NCBI GenBank assembly: GCA_025458335.1
Contig: JALOSQ010000004.1
Coordinates: forward strand, 1 to 61,337
Length of the DNA stretch: 61,337 bases
Direction: 5' to 3'
Origin: Ideonella sp.
GTDB taxonomy: Bacteria; Pseudomonadota; Gammaproteobacteria; Burkholderiales; Burkholderiaceae_C
The first letter of the stretch is position 1; each line of letters begins with the position of its first letter. Under the pieces are notes generated by a model, which saw only the letters and a program-made list of their open reading frames with translations, was not told the origin of the DNA and made no database searches. The position numbers and the translations under genes were made by a program. Positions 42,904-50,829 of the stretch are shown piece by piece.

Positions 42904-43902
42904 TTGGCTCCGCTGCTTCCGCCAGTGAGCGGTCTCTTGCCAGTAGTCCCCACCCCAGAGGCTGCCTTGAACAACCGGGCCGAAATCAAACCCATCACGT
43001 TGTCGATCGCCGCGGTCGAACGCGACACCGGTTTGAGCAAAGACACCCTTCGAGTGTGGGAGCGCCGATACGGCTTCCCGTCGCCCGAGCGCGACTCGAT
43101 CGGCGAGCGGGCGTATCCGCTGGAGCAGGTCGAGAAGCTTCGCATCATCAAGCGGCTGATGGATGCGGGGCATCGCCCGGGACGCATCGTGCCGATGGCG
43201 ATCGACGAGTTGCAGCGGCTCACCGAGAGCACCGTCGATTCCCCGCAGCGGGTCGAGGAGTCGAGCGGGGCACCGGACTTGCGCATGTACGTGGACCTCG
43301 TCCGCGAACACGACATGGATTCGCTACGGCGCCAGCTGACGCAGGCGCAGGTCCGGCTCGGGCTCGGCCGATTCGTCACCGAGGTCATCGCGCCGCTGAA
43401 CACCCGGGTCGGTGATGCCTGGATGCGCGGCCAGATGGAGATCTTCGAGGAGCACATGTATACCGAGGCGGTGCAGGTGGTCCTGCGCAGCGCGATCGGC
43501 AGCGTGCCGGACGCCGCCCGCTCGGGAAGGCCGCGCGTGCTGCTGACCACCTTCCCCGGCGAACCCCACGGTCTGGGTCTGCTGATGGCCGAGGCCATCT
43601 TCGCACTCGAGGGCGCTCGCTGCCTTTCGCTCGGCGTCCAGACGCCCATCTGGGACATCGTGCTGGCCGCAGGCGCCCACCGCGCCGACATCGTCGCGCT
43701 CGGGTTCACCGGCTGCATGAACCCGAACCAGGTTGTCGAAGGCCTGGGCGAATTGCGCTCGAAGCTCCCACGGCAGATGGAAATCTGGGCGGGTGGCACC
43801 GCGCCGGTGCTGCATCGCCGCACCGTCGAGGGGGTCGTGCCGATCGCCTCGCTCGCCGCCGTTCAGCCCGAAGTCCAGCGCTGGCGCGAAGCGGCTGTCT
43901 GA
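42904..43902 (+). CDS. MerR-family transcriptional regulator with a cobalamin-binding domain (CarH/LitR-type B12 photoreceptor candidate)
   Basis: 332 aa (the track start 42904 is TTG, so the start is uncertain). The MerR HTH is LSIAAVERDTGLSKDTLRVWERRYGFPSP. The helical bundle carries W-x9-E-H (DAWMRGQMEIFEEH). The Rossmann B12 domain carries E-x-H-x-x-G (GEPHGLG). Confidence 0.85.
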   Translation: MAPLLPPVSGLLPVVPTPEAALNNRAEIKPITLSIAAVERDTGLSKDTLRVWERRYGFPSPERDSIGERAYPLEQVEKLRIIKRLMDAGHRPGRIVPMAIDELQRLTESTVDSPQRVEESSGAPDLRMYVDLVREHDMDSLRRQLTQAQVRLGLGRFVTEVIAPLNTRVGDAWMRGQMEIFEEHMYTEAVQVVLRSAIGSVPDAARSGRPRVLLTTFPGEPHGLGLLMAEAIFALEGARCLSLGVQTPIWDIVLAAGAHRADIVALGFTGCMNPNQVVEGLGELRSKLPRQMEIWAGGTAPVLHRRTVEGVVPIASLAAVQPEVQRWREAAV

Positions 43903-44032
43903 AGCGCGCCGTCCGGCCCCGCCGGCCCGTGTCGGTGGCCTGATGGCCCCTGGGCCGGCGAGCCCGTGGTTTGCACGGCTGGAGTGCGCCGCGGGTCGCG
44001 CCTACACTCGCGCGCTCGATCCGGACAAACCC

Positions 44033-44911
44033 ATGCTGTACCCCGAACTCTTCAAGCAGCTCGAAGCCGTGCGTTGGAACATGGACACGGACATCCCGTG
44101 GTCCTCGTTCGATGCCAGCCTCCTTTCCGAGGAGCAGGCGCGCACGATCAAGATGAACGCCATCACCGAGTGGGCGGCGCTGCCGGCCACCGAGATGTTC
44201 CTGCGCGACAACCGCGATGACAGCGACTTCTCGGCCTTCATGAGCGTGTGGTTCTTCGAGGAGCAGAAGCACTCGCTGGTGCTGATGGAGTACCTGCGTC
44301 GCTTCCGACCGGAACTCGTCCCGTCCGAGCAGGAGCTGCACGAGGTGCGTTTCGAGTTCGACCCGGCCCCGGCCCTCGAGACGCTGATGCTGCATTTCTG
44401 CGGGGAGATCCGGCTGAACCACTGGTACCGGCGCGCCGCCGAGTGGCACACCGAGCCGGTCATCCGCCACATCTACGAGACGCTCGCACGCGACGAGGCC
44501 CGTCACGGCGGCGCCTACCTCCGCTACATGAAGCGTGCGCTCACCCGCTGTGGCGACGAGGCTCGTGCGGCGTTCGCCAAGGTGGGCGTCCTGATGGCCA
44601 GCGCGCGCCGCACGGCGCAGGCGTTGCACCCGACCAACCTGCACGTCAACGCGCAACTGTTCCCGCGCGACACGGTGCAAAGCCGCATCCCCGACCCGCA
44701 GTGGCTCGAGCATTGGCTGGATCGGCAGATCCAGTTCGACAGCAGTTGGGAGACGAAGGTCGTCGAGCGCATCCTGCACAACCTCGGCCTGCTGTTCGAG
44801 CGCAGCTTCGGCAGCGTGCAGGAGCTCAATCGCTACCGCAAGGAAATCACGGCGCGCCTCGCCTCCGCCGGCGAAGCGGCGCCGACGGGTGCCCGGCCGC
44901 AGCCGGCCTGA
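44033..44911 (+). CDS. ferritin-like diiron-carboxylate protein (acyl-ACP-desaturase-like fold)
   Basis: ATG 44033 gives 292 aa. The diiron ligand pattern is E...ExxH...E...ExxH: TEMFLRD, FFEEQKHSL, CGEIRLNHW and ARDEARHGG. Confidence 0.75.
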   Translation: MLYPELFKQLEAVRWNMDTDIPWSSFDASLLSEEQARTIKMNAITEWAALPATEMFLRDNRDDSDFSAFMSVWFFEEQKHSLVLMEYLRRFRPELVPSEQELHEVRFEFDPAPALETLMLHFCGEIRLNHWYRRAAEWHTEPVIRHIYETLARDEARHGGAYLRYMKRALTRCGDEARAAFAKVGVLMASARRTAQALHPTNLHVNAQLFPRDTVQSRIPDPQWLEHWLDRQIQFDSSWETKVVERILHNLGLLFERSFGSVQELNRYRKEITARLASAGEAAPTGARPQPA

Positions 44912-44958
44912 CCCTCTCCCGACCTCAGCCGCGCGGCCTGCGCCTGACGCGCCGGCCC

Positions 44959-45612
44959 TCAGCCCTTCGCCGATGCAAACGCCTGCGCCGACTTGCGGTC
45001 GGCCGTCACGCGCTGCGCCGACGGCCGCTCGCCGACCCGCTTCAGGTAAGGCTTGAGGTCGATCCCCGCGGCCGCGAGCAGATCCTCGCCGTACACGGCC
45101 TTCGTGGCCATCGACACCACCGGCAGCGCGGGCCAGGCGCAGCAGTCGGCCATGGTGAACGTGTCGCCGGCCACGTAGGGCGCGAACTTCGCCAGGCGCC
45201 GGTAGGCCGCGATGTTCTTCTCGAGCTGCTTGCGCACCCGTGCGGCGTGCGACTCGCTGATCTCGCCCCCGAAGAAGGCCTTGAGGTAGAGCTCTCGTGC
45301 GACGAGTTCCAGGTGCAGGTCCGTGAACACGCACAGCTCGCGGACCTTGGCCGCCGCCCACGGATCGCTCGGGAGCAAGGGCGGATCGGGCCAGCGCGCC
45401 TCCAGGTACTCGACGATCACGGAGCTCTCGCACAGCGGCCCCTGGTCAGTCCGGATGAACGGGATCTTGCCCAGCGGCGTGGCCGACAGCACGGCCTCGT
45501 CGCGCAGACCGCTGCCCACCAGTTCCTCGCTGAAGGGGATGCCCTTCTCGAGCAGCGCCAGCTTGACCTTGTTGTAGTAGTTCGAAACCGCGAAACCGCA
45601 CAGGACCAGCAC
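44959..45612 (-). CDS. glutathione S-transferase family protein
   Basis: 217 aa with SNYYNKVKLALLEKGIPF...PLGKIPFIRTDQGPLCESSVIVEYLE and a GST C-terminal helical domain. Confidence 0.85.
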   Translation of the reverse strand: MLVLCGFAVSNYYNKVKLALLEKGIPFSEELVGSGLRDEAVLSATPLGKIPFIRTDQGPLCESSVIVEYLEARWPDPPLLPSDPWAAAKVRELCVFTDLHLELVARELYLKAFFGGEISESHAARVRKQLEKNIAAYRRLAKFAPYVAGDTFTMADCCAWPALPVVSMATKAVYGEDLLAAAGIDLKPYLKRVGERPSAQRVTADRKSAQAFASAKG

Positions 45613-45653
45613 AGGCGCCTCCGTTGCGCAAAGCGCCAGTCTACGATCGCGCC

Positions 45654-46172
45654 ATGCCTGCCGACACGAGCCTTCGCCCGCCCACGCCGCCGACGCCCAC
45701 CCCTGCCTTCGTCGACAAGCTGTGCCGACGGGAAGACCTGTCGCGCCGCCTGCAGGCGCTGCCTCGGCCGATGGTGTTCACGAACGGCGTCTTCGACCTG
45801 CTCCATCGCGGCCACGTCACGTATCTCGCGCAGGCCCGTGCGCTCGGCTCCAGCCTGGTCATCGGGCTGAACAGCGACGCCTCGGCCCGGGGGCTCGGCA
45901 AGGGGCCGGACCGCCCGTTGAACCGCGAGCTGGACCGCGCCTGCGTGCTCGCCGCACTCGAGTCGGTGAGCCTGGTGGTGCTGTTCGACGAGCCGACGCC
46001 GGTCGCGCTGCTCGGCGAGATCCGGCCGGACTGGTACGTCAAGGGCGGCGACTACGACATCGAGACGCTGGCCGAGACCGCGCTCGTGCGCACCTGGGGC
46101 GGGCAGGCCTGCGCCATCGCCTTCGTCGACGGGTACTCGACCACCTCCCTGGTCCGCCGCATCCGGGGATGA
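45654..46172 (+). CDS. hldC: D-glycero-beta-D-manno-heptose 1-phosphate adenylyltransferase (RfaE domain II)
   Basis: ATG 45654 gives 172 aa with the cytidylyltransferase motif FTNGVFDLLHRGHVTYL and VKGGDY. Confidence 0.88.
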   Translation: MPADTSLRPPTPPTPTPAFVDKLCRREDLSRRLQALPRPMVFTNGVFDLLHRGHVTYLAQARALGSSLVIGLNSDASARGLGKGPDRPLNRELDRACVLAALESVSLVVLFDEPTPVALLGEIRPDWYVKGGDYDIETLAETALVRTWGGQACAIAFVDGYSTTSLVRRIRG

Positions 46173-46211
46173 ACCGGGCACGGCCCGGGTCGACCAGACG
46201 GCGGGCCCGGC

Positions 46212-47123
46212 TCAACCCGCCGTGCGAGGTCGCCCTGCGAGGTTGACCACGGCGATGCCCACGCACACGGCCACCAGGGCCACCACCAGCCGCGGCGTGA
46301 GCGGCTCGTCCAGCAGGACCACCCCAGCCACGAGGCCGAACACGGGCGTGAGCAAGGTGAAGGCCGACAGGCGGGTGGCGGGGTAATGGCGCACCAGCCA
46401 GAACCATGCCAGGTAGCTGGCAAACGTGACGACCACCGCCTGGAACGCCATCGCCGACCACGTCAGCGGCGTGAGCTCGAGCCGTGGGCGTTCGCCCGCG
46501 AGGACGGCCAGCGCGCCGAGCACGACGGCCGACACCGCCAGCTGGTACAGCAGGGTCTTCTCGGGCACGGTCGTCGCGAGGCGGGTGGCCCGGATCACGA
46601 GGGTGGTGAGCCCCCACAGCACGGCGCCGGCGACGCCCAGCGCGTCGCCGATCCACTGGTTCGGGCCGGTCGCGGGGGCAGCGAAGCTTTCGGCGAACGC
46701 CCAGGCCACCCCGGCGAATGCGAGCACCAGGCCGGCGAGCTGCGCAGCGCCCAGGCGCTCCTGCCGCGCGATGAAGGGCATGCCCAGCGCGACCACGAAG
46801 GGGGCGAGGTACACGAAGACGACCATCCGCGAAGCGCTGGTGAACTGCAGCCCGACGAAGATGCAGGCGAACTCCACCGCGAACAGAACGCCGACGAGCA
46901 CACCGGCCCGGCCGCTGCCGTCGCGGCTGAAAAGCGCGATGCCGCGCCACGCCGCCCAGGCCCACAACAGCAACGCGGCAACGGCCGAGCGCACCGCCGC
47001 CTGGGTCAGGGGCGGGACCTCGGCCATCGCGACCTTGGCGGCCACCTGGTTGAGGCCCCACAAGGCACAGCAGCCGATCAGAAGGACGACCGCCGTGGCG
47101 TCGAGCTGGGCTCGCCGCTCCAT
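46212..47123 (-). CDS. DMT-superfamily (EamA-like) transporter
   Basis: ATG 47123 gives 303 aa with 10 TM helices and two EamA-like halves. Confidence 0.8.
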   Translation of the reverse strand: MERRAQLDATAVVLLIGCCALWGLNQVAAKVAMAEVPPLTQAAVRSAVAALLLWAWAAWRGIALFSRDGSGRAGVLVGVLFAVEFACIFVGLQFTSASRMVVFVYLAPFVVALGMPFIARQERLGAAQLAGLVLAFAGVAWAFAESFAAPATGPNQWIGDALGVAGAVLWGLTTLVIRATRLATTVPEKTLLYQLAVSAVVLGALAVLAGERPRLELTPLTWSAMAFQAVVVTFASYLAWFWLVRHYPATRLSAFTLLTPVFGLVAGVVLLDEPLTPRLVVALVAVCVGIAVVNLAGRPRTAG

Positions 47124-47788
47124 CAGGATCCGCCCCACGGCGGCCTCGACGGCGTATCGAACGGCGGCCGCCGCGCGCGCAACGCCGACGCGCCCGGTGC
47201 CTGCCGGCGCCAACGTCGGGATGCCAGTTCGATCAACAGGGCGAGCAATGCGGCCGCAACGGCGCCCGTGGTGTGCGCGATCGGCGCGACCGGGATGTCC
47301 CAGCCTTCCACACTGCGTGCCGGCGCGCCCCAGGGAGCCTCGAGCACCAGCTTGGCAGCCAGCACCGCTGCGATGCCCGCGCCGATGACCCGCCGCCGCC
47401 GGGCATCGCGGGCGTCGCAGGCGCCCTCCGCCGGAGCGATCATCAGGTGCACCGCGGCGGCGGCGACGCCGGCGTGCAGCACCCCGGACAAACCACCGTA
47501 ATGCGCGAGCGTTGGCGCCACCCACCCGAGGGCGAGGTGGCCGACTGGCCAGGCCAGTAGCCAGGCGAGTGCCAGGCGAGCCGGCAGCCGGGCACTCCAC
47601 CCCAGCCAAGCGACCACCAGCGTGCCGAGCGCGTTGGCGCCGAGGTGCAGGGGACTCAGATGCACGAACGCCGCAGTCCACCATCGCCACGGCTCGAGCG
47701 CCGCCCGCGTGGGCTGCCAGTCCAGCGCCGACGCCGGCGCCAACGTGCCCAGCAGCGCCCCGCCGAGCAGGACGGCGCACAAGGCCAC
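47123..47788 (-). CDS. rhomboid-family intramembrane serine protease (rhombosortase-like)
   Basis: 221 aa from GTG 47788; there is no in-frame ATG after the glnE stop. It has EPWRWWTAAFVHLSPLHLGANAL, the catalytic GxSG in YGGLSGVLHAG and a later His. The stop overlaps the EamA start by 1 nt. Confidence 0.65.
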   Translation of the reverse strand: MALCAVLLGGALLGTLAPASALDWQPTRAALEPWRWWTAAFVHLSPLHLGANALGTLVVAWLGWSARLPARLALAWLLAWPVGHLALGWVAPTLAHYGGLSGVLHAGVAAAAVHLMIAPAEGACDARDARRRRVIGAGIAAVLAAKLVLEAPWGAPARSVEGWDIPVAPIAHTTGAVAAALLALLIELASRRWRRQAPGASALRARRPPFDTPSRPPWGGS

Positions 47789-47837
47789 CCACGGTCGTGC
47801 GCCGGACGCGCGATCAGGGTCGCCCCGGTCGGCGGAT

Positions 47838-50672
47838 TCAGCCGAACACCGCGTGCCAGAGTTGCTCGACCGCCTGGCGTTCACGCGCCATGCTCTCCTG
47901 CGGGACCGACGTCGGCTGCTCGTCGAGCCGGGCCCGGTGCTGAGCGCGTCGCAGTTCCCGATAGGCATCGGCCGCGGCGCTGCCGACGCCCGGCGGCACC
48001 AGGCGCGCCGCCTCGGCAGCCCGCAACAGCGCGATATTGCCGGCGTTTCGCTGCAGTTCCGCGTGCTCTGCCGCGTAGGTGAGCACCAGGTACTGCACCG
48101 CGAACTCGGCGTCGATCATGCCGCCTGGGCTGTGCTTGAGGTCGAACAGGCCCGCCTTGACCGGGTGCGCGTCGCGGACGCGCTGGCGCATCGCGGCCAC
48201 CTCGGACCGCAGCGCGGCGGGATCACGCGGCGCGCACAGCACCTGGCGACGCACCGCCTCGAGTCGTGGCGCCAGCGCGTCGTCGCCCGCAGCGAAGCGC
48301 GCCCGCGTGATGGCCTGGTGCTCCCAGGTCCAGGCCGTGTTGCTGCCGCGGCCGGCCTGGTAGTGCTCGAACGCGCGCAGCGAGGTGACCAGCAGGCCCG
48401 AGCTGCCGTTGGGCCGCAGCGCGGTGTCGATGTCGAACAGCTCGCCGGTGGCCGTGCGCAGCGTCAGCCAGGTGATGAGCTTGCGCACGAAGGCACCGTA
48501 GGCCTCGGTCGCGCGATCGGGATCGTCGCCTTCGTCGTCGTAGACGAACACCAGGTCCAGGTCGCTGCCGTAGCCGAGTTCCTTGCCGCCGAGCTTGCCG
48601 TAGGCGACCACTGCGAAGGACGGGCGCTCCCGGTGCCGCTGCCGCAGCAAGGGCCACGCCCAGTCGATGGCGCACTGCAGCGTCGCGTCCGCCAGCGCCG
48701 AAAGATCGTCGGCAACCTGCTCGACCTCGATCAGGCCCTCGACGTCGCGCACGAGGATGCGGAACACCTCGGCGTGGTGCGCGCGGCGCAGCGTGTCGAG
48801 CAGGAACTCCTCGCTCGCCTGTCCGGAACGCTCCCAGGCCGCATGCCGCTCCTGCAACTGGGCGATGTAGGCCGCGGCGTCGAAGCGCGCGTGGACCTGG
48901 CGCTCATCGGCCAGCTCGTCGATCACGCCGGGGTGCCGGATCAGGTAGCGCATCGGCCAGCGGGCGAGCCCCAGCAGGCGCAGCAGCCGCTCGTGGACCG
49001 CCGGGCGCTCGACCAGCAGCGCCAGGTAGCTCTCGCGGCGCAGCAGCGGCTCGAGCCAGTCGACGAACCGCACGGCCGCCTCCGGGGTGCAACGCTGCTC
49101 GGCCGCCGCCCGGGCCGCACGGCCGATCAGCCGGGCGAGTCGTTGCTTGCTCTCGTCGCGCAGCAGGCGCAGACGCGGCTGGTCGAGCCAAGGGCGCACG
49201 CGGTCCTGGATCGGCCCTGGCAGCTGCGCGAGGAAGGTGTCGCTGTCGAGCGAGGGCGGCTCGCCGCCGCAGGCCCGGCAGGCCCCCGGATCCGCCTCGG
49301 ACGGTCGGCCGTCGTGCAGCAACGCGTCGAACTCGCCCGCGACGAACTCACGTGCCTCGCCGAGCACCGACAGCAGCACGGCCACGGGGTCGCCGCCCGG
49401 CGGCGTCGGCAGGTCGAGGCTGCGGGCGATCCACGCGAGATCGGCATCGTCCGTCGGCAGCAGGTGGGTCTGCTGGTCGTCGAGGTACTGAATGCGGTGC
49501 TCGACCCGGCGCAGGAACCGGTACGCCATGCCCAGCCGTTGCGCATTGGCGGGCTTCATCAGGCCGGCGGCGGCCAGCCGGTCGAGGGCCTTGAGCGTCG
49601 AGCGGGTGCGCATCTCGGGGAACTGCCCGCCTCGCACCACCAGCATCAACTGGACGATGAACTCGATCTCGCGGATGCCGCCGCGCGAGAGCTTCACGTC
49701 GTTCGCCCGCTCCGGGCGTCCTGCCGCGCGGCGCTGGGCTTCCTGGCGCACCTTCCGGTGGAGTTGGCGCAGGCCCTCGAACACGCCGTAGTCGAGGTAG
49801 CGCCGGTAAACGAACGAGGTCACGACGGGGCGCAGCGCGAGGGCCCGGCCACTTGCGACAGCCTCCAAAGGCGCCACGATGCGGCTCTTCAGCCACGCGA
49901 ACCGCTCCCACTCCCGGCCCTGCGACTGGAAGTACTCCTCGAGCATCGCGAGGCTGACGACGGGCGGCCCGGACATGCCATTCGGCCGCAGCGCCAGGTC
50001 GACCCGGAACACGAAGCCTTCGTCGGTGACGTCGCCGATCAACGCGTACAGGCGGCGCGCGACTGCGGTGAAGTACTCGTGCGCGGTGATGCGGGTGGAG
50101 GCGACCGGCACGCCATCCTCGCCCGGGCGACCGTCGGTGAGGCCCTCCTCGCCGTAGACGTAGACCAGGTCGATGTCCGAGGACACGTTGAGCTCGCGCG
50201 CGCCGAGCTTGCCCATGCCGACGATCCACAGGTCGATGCGCCGGCCGTGGGCGTTGCGCGGAACCCCGTGGCGGCCATCGAGCTCGGCACAGGCCTCGGC
50301 CAGCGCCAGATCCAGGGCCACCTCGGCCAGAGACGTCATCGCCCCGGTCACCACCTCGAGGGTCGCGCCACACTCCACGTCGAGCACGGCCAGCCGCTCG
50401 AGCGCCAGCCGGCGCACGATGCGCAGCGCAGCGTCGAGTGGACGCCCCTCGCGCTGCAGCGTCGCCACCGCCGCTCGCAGCGTTTCGGCCGTCGGCGCGC
50501 CCGGCGCCAGGAGGTTCAGGCGATCGGCATCGCGTCGCCTGACGCGCGACACGAAGCGGCTGTGCTGCGCCCGAGCCCCGACGGCCGGCTCTGAAAGGTC
50601 CTGTTGCACCGCGGTGAGCCCCAGGCCGGAACCGTCGGGCTCCGGGGGGGTCTGTGCTAGATTGACCGACAC
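47838..50672 (-). CDS. glnE: bifunctional glutamine synthetase adenylyltransferase / adenylyl-removing enzyme
   Basis: 944 aa with two nucleotidyltransferase repeats: GMGKLGARELNVSSDIDLVYVY and AYGKLGGKELGYGSDLDLVFVY. Confidence 0.95.
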   Translation of the reverse strand: MSVNLAQTPPEPDGSGLGLTAVQQDLSEPAVGARAQHSRFVSRVRRRDADRLNLLAPGAPTAETLRAAVATLQREGRPLDAALRIVRRLALERLAVLDVECGATLEVVTGAMTSLAEVALDLALAEACAELDGRHGVPRNAHGRRIDLWIVGMGKLGARELNVSSDIDLVYVYGEEGLTDGRPGEDGVPVASTRITAHEYFTAVARRLYALIGDVTDEGFVFRVDLALRPNGMSGPPVVSLAMLEEYFQSQGREWERFAWLKSRIVAPLEAVASGRALALRPVVTSFVYRRYLDYGVFEGLRQLHRKVRQEAQRRAAGRPERANDVKLSRGGIREIEFIVQLMLVVRGGQFPEMRTRSTLKALDRLAAAGLMKPANAQRLGMAYRFLRRVEHRIQYLDDQQTHLLPTDDADLAWIARSLDLPTPPGGDPVAVLLSVLGEAREFVAGEFDALLHDGRPSEADPGACRACGGEPPSLDSDTFLAQLPGPIQDRVRPWLDQPRLRLLRDESKQRLARLIGRAARAAAEQRCTPEAAVRFVDWLEPLLRRESYLALLVERPAVHERLLRLLGLARWPMRYLIRHPGVIDELADERQVHARFDAAAYIAQLQERHAAWERSGQASEEFLLDTLRRAHHAEVFRILVRDVEGLIEVEQVADDLSALADATLQCAIDWAWPLLRQRHRERPSFAVVAYGKLGGKELGYGSDLDLVFVYDDEGDDPDRATEAYGAFVRKLITWLTLRTATGELFDIDTALRPNGSSGLLVTSLRAFEHYQAGRGSNTAWTWEHQAITRARFAAGDDALAPRLEAVRRQVLCAPRDPAALRSEVAAMRQRVRDAHPVKAGLFDLKHSPGGMIDAEFAVQYLVLTYAAEHAELQRNAGNIALLRAAEAARLVPPGVGSAAADAYRELRRAQHRARLDEQPTSVPQESMARERQAVEQLWHAVFG

Positions 50673-50829
50673 GCTGGATGGAGAGGGTCAGGCCGTGGCG
50701 TCGGCCCGGCCGGCGCCGACAGCGGCTCGAGGCCACACCCCCCGTGGAGGCCTGGGATGGCATCGGGGCCGGGCAGGCCCCCCGTCTCGAGGCGAGGTCT
50801 GCCTGCCGCGTTGCGGTCTCACTGTCGTC

